Of a stretch of 64,000 bases of DNA, positions 56,386 to 64,000 are shown in pieces; positions within the stretch are counted from its first letter, which is position 1, and every line of letters starts with the position of its first letter. The stretch comes from a virus (Duplodnaviria; Heunggongvirae; Uroviricota; Caudoviricetes), in IMG/VR virus record IMGVR_UViG_3300024272_000027; one strand, written 5' to 3'. A model generated the notes under the pieces. The model searched no databases and was not told where the DNA came from. It saw only the letters and a program-made list of their open reading frames with translations. The translations under genes and the position numbers were made by a program.

Positions 56386-56736
56386 TTAAGCTACAACGCT
56401 GCCGGCTGCTACAAGAGAACGCTTATATGCTACGCGGTCTTTAATTGTAATATGTGTCTTACCGGTATGTTTACCGTCGCGTTTTTCATTGAATTCTTTC
56501 TTAAATACAGGGTCAACATTATAACGAACTGCTGTATAATTCAAGCCCATTTTCTGTGCAATCTGTGAAATAGTTTTACCTTTCTTGAATAGCTTAGCCA
56601 TTTCCTTCAACTGAGTTGCCGAGAACTTACGTTTACGGTCATAAGGAGTGCCTTGAATTTTAACGGTTGCATTCAACTCGTCGTCGGTCATTGCAAGAAT
56701 TTCAATCTTACGTTTGTCTGTCATTTTCTTTGCCAT
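56386..56736 (-). CDS. HTH DNA-binding protein (putative transcription regulator)
   Basis: TISQIAQKMGLNYTAVRYN helix-turn-helix. Confidence 0.45.
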   Translation of the reverse strand: MAKKMTDKRKIEILAMTDDELNATVKIQGTPYDRKRKFSATQLKEMAKLFKKGKTISQIAQKMGLNYTAVRYNVDPVFKKEFNEKRDGKHTGKTHITIKDRVAYKRSLVAAGSVVA

Positions 56737-56777
56737 CTTTAAATCCTCTTTCTTATGTAAATTTTTTTTATATCATT

Positions 56778-56811
56778 ATTATAATATGTAACGCACTATA
56801 ATTCAACTATC
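56778..56811 (-). promoter_or_regulatory. sigma70-like promoter (TTGAAT - 17 - TATAAT)
   Basis: Minus read TAGTTGAATTATAGTGCGTTACATATTATAAT. Confidence 0.45.
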
Positions 56812-57177
56812 TTCTTCAACAAGTTTTTCAACTAAGAATTTCATCAGCTTTTCATCAATCAAGTAATAGTTGTTTCCGTCAGGCTCAAAGTTTATACATA
56901 TGGCTTGATTAGCTTTTCGTATAGCAAAACTTTCAGCTTTATTCTTTTCAACCCATTCGCGTTTAATTGATACACTTTGTTTTGAAGTCATTGTACACTT
57001 AGCTTCAATAAGTAACGAGGCACCATCGTGTACAACATCCCCTTTACCAAATTTACCCGCGCCGCTGTTCGCTTGCTGTCGAGCACCTAATGCTTTACAT
57101 ATTGATTTTTCGTGTGCGTCAGAATAATATCGAGTGCTTGATGTATTATTGTTTTTCGCCATCGTGTACCTCGTCAA
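56803..57177 (-). CDS. PD-(D/E)XK nuclease, Hjc-like Holliday-junction resolvase (putative)
   Basis: ANSGAGKFGKGDVVHD...LLIEAKCT matches the Hjc pattern (S/A)GSG...PD(I/V)...E-x-K. Confidence 0.4.
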   Translation of the reverse strand: MTRYTMAKNNNTSSTRYYSDAHEKSICKALGARQQANSGAGKFGKGDVVHDGASLLIEAKCTMTSKQSVSIKREWVEKNKAESFAIRKANQAICINFEPDGNNYYLIDEKLMKFLVEKLVEEDS

Positions 57178-57697
57178 GTTTTTTCCTTAACATATCTAGA
57201 ATATCTTCAACTGTCTGCTGTGTTAACTCGTGCAATTGTATTTTAGGTTTATTTGATTTGTACCAACTGAATATTTCATATAAATCACCTTTAACCCAAC
57301 TAAATGCCCACCAGTCACATATCATTTCAATAATGTATTCATAAGGCATTTGTAATGCTTTCAACCCGCCATCGTCTTCTCTCAACAGCCAGTGTTGCCA
57401 ATGATGCGGATTGTTGTGTTGATGATGTAACCACGCTAAATCAAAATCATCTTTAACTTCTTGAGTGCGTTCTTCACCATAAAAATATTCTGCATAAGCA
57501 TAGTATTCTTCATCTGATGTTTTTGACGCATCGTGGTTCGCTACGATAGCTCCTAAAGCGTCCGCATCATACATTTCAAACAGATTAGGCAAATTTTTAA
57601 CTAACCAATCAAAACCTACTTGCACATTTGAAATATGTTGTTTTAGATATTCGTCATAATCGTCTCTCATCTTATCATCCATTAGACGTCTCCTCAC
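57146..57697 (-). CDS. hypothetical protein
   Basis: ORF track. Confidence 0.45.
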   Translation of the reverse strand: MRRRLMDDKMRDDYDEYLKQHISNVQVGFDWLVKNLPNLFEMYDADALGAIVANHDASKTSDEEYYAYAEYFYGEERTQEVKDDFDLAWLHHQHNNPHHWQHWLLREDDGGLKALQMPYEYIIEMICDWWAFSWVKGDLYEIFSWYKSNKPKIQLHELTQQTVEDILDMLRKKLDEVHDGEKQ

Positions 57698-58472
57698 TTA
57701 TCAATTTATCTAATTCAATGTTACACTCTCGTTGCAAGTCATAACATTGATATACTTTAAATTCAGCATCTGGATGCAAATAATCAAAATGAACAAGAAA
57801 ACATCTTCCGATAGGAATACCAAGTTCTCTTTGTATGATTGCTTTGTACATATTCAACTGAATAGAATAGTGCCCTAAACTGCTATCATCAAGATGTTTA
57901 AATGAACCTAAACATTTCTTTCCGTAATAGTTACGAGTTGAAAATTCTTTAAGATTCTTGTAGTCCCATATCTGAAATTCATTAGCATAAGAGTTCCAAC
58001 ATAACATATCAATATTACCTGCTATAATATCTTTGATACCAACTGTGTATTCAAGATGTATTGGATACAACTTATTCAACGTGTCTTTATGAAACTCTTT
58101 TGCTTGAGGTAATAATATTTCAACGCGTTCTTTTACTTCATCATATATCCCATCTTTAATAGCAGATGAATAGTCAATATCAAATGTCTTGCCCCTTTTT
58201 GCGTTCTCCATATAACTATGTATAAGAGTGCCCGCTGTAGCAGATACATTTGCGTTGCGTTCCCAAGAAGCTAATACATCAGCTTGGTTTAATCCGTGTT
58301 TTTCAGCATACTTCTTACTAATTGTTTCAGAATCAAATTCTTCAAAAAATCTACTTATATATTGTGTGACGGAGTATTTCACCCTACTACCATTCCAGTA
58401 GTAGGAGTGATTACTTTCAACAAAGTTATATCCGTTAAACTTTTGCCATACTAGTATTGAATTTATATCCAT
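57675..58472 (-). CDS. PD-(D/E)XK family nuclease (RecB/Cas4-like exonuclease fold, putative)
   Basis: GNIDMLC...EFQIWDYKN D...E-x-K arrangement. Confidence 0.35.
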   Translation of the reverse strand: MDINSILVWQKFNGYNFVESNHSYYWNGSRVKYSVTQYISRFFEEFDSETISKKYAEKHGLNQADVLASWERNANVSATAGTLIHSYMENAKRGKTFDIDYSSAIKDGIYDEVKERVEILLPQAKEFHKDTLNKLYPIHLEYTVGIKDIIAGNIDMLCWNSYANEFQIWDYKNLKEFSTRNYYGKKCLGSFKHLDDSSLGHYSIQLNMYKAIIQRELGIPIGRCFLVHFDYLHPDAEFKVYQCYDLQRECNIELDKLISEETSNG

Positions 58473-59659
58473 TATAGCTCTTCCAGATTAGAATCATCAA
58501 CATCAACACCAAGTTTCTCTTGAATGCTTGTATTAAGCATCTTTTCAAATGAAACTATGAAGGGGTCTTCTTTCTGAGTTAACTTATCGTAAACTTTATC
58601 ATACAGTTTACGCCATTCAACAGGTCTTTCACGGAAGTAAGGAACTACGTTCTTCTTGCCTCTGAACTTGATTTCGTTTCCGTCATCATCAACTGCAATT
58701 TCACCTGTATCAATATCAAGTAATCTAAATGTGCCTGACGCTGGATTATCGATATAACCGAAGTGTGTTGCTAACTCAACGGTATCCCACACAACATCAA
58801 TACCGCGGTCATAGTTAAGATGAGCATAACCTAACTTTCTATCCCATTTACAAACTTTTGTTTTGAGTACGTACATCTCAATAACGTGACCTGCAGGTGA
58901 CTGTGCGGATTTATTTAACTCATTTCCATCTTCATCGAAGAATGTTGAACGCTTAAACATCAATCTCATTGAACAAGCGTGTTTCCAAGCTCTACCACCA
59001 GGTGTTTGTAGTGGGTCTCCATAACCTGACATATTATCACGAACTTGATTTATTGCAATCAATGTTGCTTTATACTTTCTAAGGAGTCCAACGGCTGTAT
59101 TAGCAAAACGGGTTAACGCTTTTGCAATACCACCCATCTGTTGCTTTTCCATTGACTCATCAGCAATTTGCTGTGGTACAAGAGTTGCAATACTATCAAA
59201 GATAAGTAATCCAATTTCACCTGTTCTCAACAAATCAAGAGCCATATCAAATATTTCTTCTGCTGACTGACCTTCTGGTCTGATAATAATTGTAGGAACA
59301 TTAGCATCTTCTCTCATATCATATCCCATCTTACGAGCCCATACAGGGTCAGCGGTGCCTTCATTATCAAGAAGTATAATCGCTCTTGGATTATCAGGAT
59401 TTCTTTCTAACTCTGCTCTTTGATATGCGGCAGCTGCTAAGAAAGCATTTGTGGTCTTACCAGAACCTTCAGCTCCTGAAAATTCAACAATTCGACCCTC
59501 TGGAATACCACCGTAAATGCAGAAGTCAAGTGATGGCGAACCTAGCGATAGAATACCGTCAACTTCCAACCCATCAACACCAATTTTTACGACTGACTCT
59601 CCATATTCTTTTTGTATATTTTTCAATACTTCACTTAAACTTAGATTAGCTTTAGCCAT
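58472..59659 (-). CDS. RecA / UvsX-type recombinase
   Basis: Walker A GAEGSGKTT; RecA-core blocks IILLDNEG, LIAINQVR. Confidence 0.7.
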   Translation of the reverse strand: MAKANLSLSEVLKNIQKEYGESVVKIGVDGLEVDGILSLGSPSLDFCIYGGIPEGRIVEFSGAEGSGKTTNAFLAAAAYQRAELERNPDNPRAIILLDNEGTADPVWARKMGYDMREDANVPTIIIRPEGQSAEEIFDMALDLLRTGEIGLLIFDSIATLVPQQIADESMEKQQMGGIAKALTRFANTAVGLLRKYKATLIAINQVRDNMSGYGDPLQTPGGRAWKHACSMRLMFKRSTFFDEDGNELNKSAQSPAGHVIEMYVLKTKVCKWDRKLGYAHLNYDRGIDVVWDTVELATHFGYIDNPASGTFRLLDIDTGEIAVDDDGNEIKFRGKKNVVPYFRERPVEWRKLYDKVYDKLTQKEDPFIVSFEKMLNTSIQEKLGVDVDDSNLEEL

Positions 59660-60234
59660 TAGTTAACTTCTCCTGTTACAATGTTTAATGTGTTTCTTGG
59701 AGTATACATTGATAAACTCTGGTCTTGCATACGCTTACTAATTATTTTACGTAAACTGTTTACCATATCATACCCTGCATCCATCTTAAACTTAATCTGT
59801 TTATATACTCTCGCATATAAAGAATTAAGTACTGTTTCATACTTTGAAGCATCTTCTGCCAGTGCAGTTAATTCTGCAACTGTTGTTTTATTTCGGTGTT
59901 CTGCATCTTTCATACGATTGCTTAGATATGCTTCATTATATGACTCTTTGGCAGCTAGTTTTGATAAGTCGTCTTTAACTCCAACTGTTTCCAATTTACT
60001 ACCTAAGAAATAAAGCATATTATTCAATTCAAGTAGATATTTCTCGAGTTCTTTGTCACTCGCATCTTTCTGTATTGCATCTTGATACAAATCACGCATC
60101 AATCCATCTAAATCAGCTGTATACTCAGTTACAAGTTTATCAGAAATTCCTGTAAAATACTGCACATTTGTTTCAGTAGTCTGCACAACTTCATCCATCT
60201 GATTTTTATCTATATCAATTAAAATATTACTCAT
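59659..60234 (-). CDS. hypothetical protein
   Basis: ORF track. Confidence 0.45.
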   Translation of the reverse strand: MSNILIDIDKNQMDEVVQTTETNVQYFTGISDKLVTEYTADLDGLMRDLYQDAIQKDASDKELEKYLLELNNMLYFLGSKLETVGVKDDLSKLAAKESYNEAYLSNRMKDAEHRNKTTVAELTALAEDASKYETVLNSLYARVYKQIKFKMDAGYDMVNSLRKIISKRMQDQSLSMYTPRNTLNIVTGEVN

Positions 60235-60244
60235 CTATCGGCAC

Positions 60245-60811
60245 CTAAAACAACTCTTTCTTCTGTAATCTCTTGTTACTCTGCACAATAGAGTCACAAT
60301 AACCAACTTGGCCTTCAGGTAATAAATACATTCCGCTTAACCCTTTTTCTGCCATTTCGTGAATAAGACGGTCTTCCCATCTAACAGGTTTAGCAGTCAT
60401 TGGATTCACTTCCTCAACAATTAAACTTCTTGTTGAAGTTCTTGTTGTGTGCTGCGGAACTTTTGGTAATCTGAACACCGCTAAAAATTCAACAGGGTTC
60501 TTAAATCCTGATTCAATACTTGTGAATAAATCCTCATTTGGCATCAACGATGCTCGAGGAATTAAAGCTTTAAACTCATACATTGATTCTTGATAAGCTG
60601 AAAACATTGAAAACAGGTTTTCTGTAGTTACCCATAAAAATAATTCATTAACTGTTATATTCTGAAATATGTCAATACATCCGATGCCATCCCATAGAGC
60701 GTTAGAGTATCTATTCATAGGATAATTCCAAGGGGGGTCAATTATAACAAAATCTTTGTTGTTAACGTGATTAACAACAGTTTCAAGGAATTTTTCGTTT
60801 ACTCCGTACAA
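60245..60811 (-). CDS. DNA N6-adenine methyltransferase (MT-A70 / Dam-like, DPPW motif)
   Basis: VIIDPPWNYP catalytic motif IV near the N-terminus. Confidence 0.6.
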   Translation of the reverse strand: MYGVNEKFLETVVNHVNNKDFVIIDPPWNYPMNRYSNALWDGIGCIDIFQNITVNELFLWVTTENLFSMFSAYQESMYEFKALIPRASLMPNEDLFTSIESGFKNPVEFLAVFRLPKVPQHTTRTSTRSLIVEEVNPMTAKPVRWEDRLIHEMAEKGLSGMYLLPEGQVGYCDSIVQSNKRLQKKELF

Positions 60812-60813
60812 GT

Positions 60814-61284
60814 CTAATCCCCCTCATCTAATGTCATTAAAACAGAATAATCACTATCCAAGAATACACGTTTCTTTACAGAAGGAATAGTGATTATTCG
60901 GTAGTCATCATTACCGACCATCTTAACATTAACTGATTTCTTTCCATCAGCTTTAAGTTTTTCAAAGGTCGCTATAGGAACATACACAACTTTATCGTGT
61001 TTCACAAACCACAATACAACTCCACAACGAACACCTTTTCTACCTTTGCGAGCTAGTAACTTATCATACTGTGTTAGCCCGCCAAGTGGGAAAGTATTTT
61101 CATTTGTTGTTTTACATTCAATATAAAAGTAATATGGGTAGTTGTAAAGTGTAAAGTCGCTAACATTTGCCGAACCTTTGTAACCGGACATTTGGTCCGG
61201 CAAACGCTCAAGTGATACATCGCCTAATTTCAATAAATCAGATTTAACCTTTTCTTCAAAAGCTTTACCTCTGTTTATTGCCAT
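60814..61284 (-). CDS. PD-(D/E)XK nuclease (RecU-like resolvase or restriction-endonuclease-like)
   Basis: VSDFTLY...YFYIECKTT gives D...E-x-K. Confidence 0.35.
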   Translation of the reverse strand: MAINRGKAFEEKVKSDLLKLGDVSLERLPDQMSGYKGSANVSDFTLYNYPYYFYIECKTTNENTFPLGGLTQYDKLLARKGRKGVRCGVVLWFVKHDKVVYVPIATFEKLKADGKKSVNVKMVGNDDYRIITIPSVKKRVFLDSDYSVLMTLDEGD

Positions 61285-61286
61285 TA

Positions 61287-62408
61287 CTAATCATTGCACT
61301 CCGGAATAACCCATTTAATCATACCTTCAGATAACACCACTGCTTGTGAGTTACCGAAACTCATTGTTGCAAGCTGATTTGTACAACTCATAAGAGTCTT
61401 GGTTAAGTCCGTACTATCAATGAGTGCTTTATACATATCAAGTCCTTCAACTTCTTTGTTGTAAGGCACGTCCTCTCTGTTAACGTCCATTCTGTCAGAT
61501 AGTGTAACTGCATTTGGACCGAATTCCATCTTGATGATAGAAAGTGATAAATCTGATTTAGATGCAGCTTGACTGAATAACATCAAACGGTCAATTGCTT
61601 GAATTAACAAATCTTTGTTAATAGACATTGAATAAGGATAAACGGTGTTTGCTCTACCCCTAATACCATCAACAGGGAAGTTTATTACCATACTATCGTC
61701 ACAGTTGAGTGCTGCTGTAATAGTGATATTAGGTGCTTCAAAAGATACAACTGTTGCCATAACATCCGCACTAATAACATTGTGCCCAACGGTCATCTTA
61801 ACTTTAGTATCTTTAAATAACTTGAATAACTTAACTAACTTGTCGTTAAGAAGAAGTTTTGAAGTTAAATCAATGTCAAACTTGTTAATACAAGCACCTG
61901 TTGTAAAGGTAATTGCGCCGTCTTTATCAATATAATAAAGTCTCTGAATAGGTTTAGAGATTGTGCCTTTCTGGAGCTCTTTACTGTTGTAGTTAACAAT
62001 TGAACGAAGTACTGAACTGTCAACATCAATTGACTCAGTCACATTTTCAATGTTAATACGAGGAAGCTCCATCAAGCCTTCGCCGTCGTAGATGAGCGGA
62101 ATCTTGTAGTCGCCATTACATTTGATATGTAACGAATTTCCGTTTGTGGTTAATTCAATAGTTTCTGATGTAACTTTTGCAATCAATTTTAAGAATAGAT
62201 TTGCATTAACAGTTGCGTGGAATTCATCAGGAACCTCAATGTCCATCTTGATTTCAACAAAATATTCGCGGTTAGTAACTGCCATAACAAATACGTTATT
62301 TGCAGCTTTGATTTCAAGAGTCTCAGTGACTGCTGATAATACGTTTGAGTCAACAGCATTTAAAATCTTTGCACAAGAATCTTGAAGTAATTCGGTTCTA
62401 ATAATCAT
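61287..62408 (-). CDS. DNA polymerase sliding clamp (DnaN beta-clamp-like)
   Basis: 373 aa (bacterial DnaN size); adjacent to clamp loader and recombination genes; weak N-terminal similarity. Confidence 0.45.
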   Translation of the reverse strand: MIIRTELLQDSCAKILNAVDSNVLSAVTETLEIKAANNVFVMAVTNREYFVEIKMDIEVPDEFHATVNANLFLKLIAKVTSETIELTTNGNSLHIKCNGDYKIPLIYDGEGLMELPRINIENVTESIDVDSSVLRSIVNYNSKELQKGTISKPIQRLYYIDKDGAITFTTGACINKFDIDLTSKLLLNDKLVKLFKLFKDTKVKMTVGHNVISADVMATVVSFEAPNITITAALNCDDSMVINFPVDGIRGRANTVYPYSMSINKDLLIQAIDRLMLFSQAASKSDLSLSIIKMEFGPNAVTLSDRMDVNREDVPYNKEVEGLDMYKALIDSTDLTKTLMSCTNQLATMSFGNSQAVVLSEGMIKWVIPECND

Positions 62409-62420
62409 TTACATACTCCT

Positions 62421-63389
62421 TTAGAATAAACTAACTTTCTGTGATATATCAGGAATTTTCTTCCTTGATTTATAACTCGTGAGATTACTTCTAAAGTCAT
62501 CTACACGAGGAATTTCAATAATAGATGTGGCGCCCTCTCGAATTCGCTCTTTGGAGTTCTCAGTTGCCATTGTCTGAATTTCTTCCCAAGCTATCGGAGG
62601 GTATCCGTAAGTGGGCTTCCCGTTCTCGTCAGTTGAATTATGCATCCACGTGGAAGTTTTAGCGGGAGGTTTTGATATTGTTATCGACGGGCACAAATAA
62701 CATCTACAGCACTGCCTAAGTAGAGTTGAAAAATAAGTGTCTTCAGATGTCCCCTTCCAAGGGTCACAACGCTCATCAATATATAATTCTTCATCATAAT
62801 ACTTACGAAGATTTTTCATAAAACAACTATGCAGCCAGGGACTATTCTTAACGCTATAACGTGTCGTTGGCAACAATTTCAACACGTCAAAATAATCATC
62901 CATTGATGCAAGTTGTATTCTTTCACTTGAAGCAATAATACCAAGTGAACTAAACACTGCGTCAAAATCAACTTTGTCATTTCTAACAGCATCTACAAGC
63001 GTAAGAAATGAATTTAAGGTTGTATTGGTCATTGTTTCATTTGCATCCAACCATATAGCATAATCAAAGTCACTACGATAAAACCATTTCAGTAATTCAT
63101 TACGAGGCTTAACAAACCCTTGTGGCTCTGCCATCTTACCGATGAATTCAACATTAAGATGAGTTAAAGTTGCATAATCATTGTCAGTAAAACATTGAGC
63201 ATAGATAACGAACTTATCAGCTTGTGTCTTACTGATATTATCAGTTATGTATTTGATGTTTGCTTTACGATTGTTATCACGCATTAAACACGGGATAAGT
63301 ACACATATCTTGTTAATCGGACTCACCTCTACAGTCAATGAAGTTAAAGTTTGCTGCTTCACCGTTATCAACCAGAATTGACTGTCCAC
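62421..63389 (-). CDS. family-2 (GT-A) glycosyltransferase-like protein
   Basis: N-terminal KICVLIPCLMRDNN resembles the GT2 (V/I)S(V/I)IIPTYN motif; WLDANE as a DxD-like motif; the track start overlaps the upstream SDR gene by about 77 nt, so the true start may differ. Confidence 0.35.
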   Translation of the reverse strand: MDSQFWLITVKQQTLTSLTVEVSPINKICVLIPCLMRDNNRKANIKYITDNISKTQADKFVIYAQCFTDNDYATLTHLNVEFIGKMAEPQGFVKPRNELLKWFYRSDFDYAIWLDANETMTNTTLNSFLTLVDAVRNDKVDFDAVFSSLGIIASSERIQLASMDDYFDVLKLLPTTRYSVKNSPWLHSCFMKNLRKYYDEELYIDERCDPWKGTSEDTYFSTLLRQCCRCYLCPSITISKPPAKTSTWMHNSTDENGKPTYGYPPIAWEEIQTMATENSKERIREGATSIIEIPRVDDFRSNLTSYKSRKKIPDISQKVSLF

Positions 63390-63999
63390 ACATTGATTGA
63401 TTTACCACTGACATAAAATATGTCCATTCAGCAGCTTCCTCAACTGTTATCCACTTCTTCAACATATTTTCGTTAGCAACTGCTTGAACCATATCGTCAT
63501 TTGCATATAGCTTAGGTTCAAGACCCGTCATAACAGCTCCGAAGCATAATATATTGATAGGAACCTTTTTAAACCTATTTGTAAAGTTTATTGCGAGGTT
63601 CTTAGTATATGATATACGTCCGCCTTGCGAGGCCGCATACAAAGGGGTATCAAGTCCTACAATACCAGATATACTACCTATATTTAGAATTGACTTGATA
63701 CAGTTATTTCCCCAACCGTACTCATTAACGACATTAACATAACCTTCAAGATTAACTGGTATGGAAATATCCTCCTCAATAGTTCCAGCATTATTGATAA
63801 GATAGTTAATGCCTTTTATTGGAGGAAGAGTTTCAGGCTTACTAACATCACACTCATAATGTTTATAACTTCTATGTACGATTGTGCTCGGCTGTATATC
63901 CAAACCGAACACATCATATCCCCTATCTAAGAACAAAAGTGCAGTCGCTCTACCGATACCACTACTTGTTCCTGTTATCAAAACTTTACCGTTACTCAC
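63313..63999 (-). CDS. short-chain dehydrogenase/reductase (SDR)
   Basis: Rossmann motif VLITGTSSGIGRATA; YAASQ...K resembles the catalytic Y-x3-K. Confidence 0.65.
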   Translation of the reverse strand: MSNGKVLITGTSSGIGRATALLFLDRGYDVFGLDIQPSTIVHRSYKHYECDVSKPETLPPIKGINYLINNAGTIEEDISIPVNLEGYVNVVNEYGWGNNCIKSILNIGSISGIVGLDTPLYAASQGGRISYTKNLAINFTNRFKKVPINILCFGAVMTGLEPKLYANDDMVQAVANENMLKKWITVEEAAEWTYFMSVVNQSMCGQSILVDNGEAANFNFIDCRGESD

Positions 64000-64000
64000 C

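Overview
This is a low-GC (about 33-35%) window from a large virulent, T4-like phage with a bacterial-type DnaN/DnaX replication module. Almost every gene is on the minus strand. I read three blocks.

**Block 1, early region (1-16.4 kb).** About 30 small genes sit in short transcription units. Each unit has a strong sigma70-like promoter with an extended -35 (consensus AGTTGaAt, 17-nt spacer, TATAAT), usually placed just after a bidirectional intrinsic terminator. Genes here include ThyX, a HAD 5'-nucleotidase, a PRTase-like protein, DUF932, many Cys-rich zinc-ribbon proteins and a Ro60/TROVE ortholog.

**Block 2, tRNA array (11.1-12.6 and 16.4-25.4 kb).** I found 26 canonical minus-strand tRNAs covering all 20 amino acids, including three CAU species. 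The array also holds several aberrant or permuted tRNA-like elements and about 7 kb of ORF-free, GC-enriched spacer, including one 1.15-kb block. Interleaved with the tRNAs are a CHAP endolysin, a C1-like peptidase and small zinc-ribbon proteins.

**Block 3, DNA and nucleotide metabolism with structural genes (26-64 kb).** This block carries a ligase, dUTPase, an SPFH protein, an Rnl1-like RNA ligase and an HNH endonuclease. The NrdD and NrdG genes flank an FNT-like formate channel. Further genes are a peptide deformylase, an 855-aa Ig-repeat protein, SbcCD (gp46/47-like), the clamp-loader subunits, an HD hydrolase, Hjc- and RecU-like nucleases, UvsX/RecA, a DPPW N6-adenine methyltransferase, a DnaN-like clamp, a GT2 glycosyltransferase and an SDR.

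**Most notable finding.** The Ro60/TROVE gene is followed immediately downstream by tandem Y-RNA-like modules with a circularly permuted tRNA-like architecture (T-arm, then a loop-closed acceptor stem, then a D-arm). These lie in the same neighbourhood as the tRNA array and the RNA-repair enzymes.

**Coordinate accuracy.** CDS coordinates are taken from the supplied ORF track. That track appears to allow GTG/TTG starts and prints M for them, so the true starts are often downstream ATGs. Coordinates I derived by hand (tRNAs, ncRNAs, promoters, terminators, small ORFs) are approximate to within a few nucleotides.
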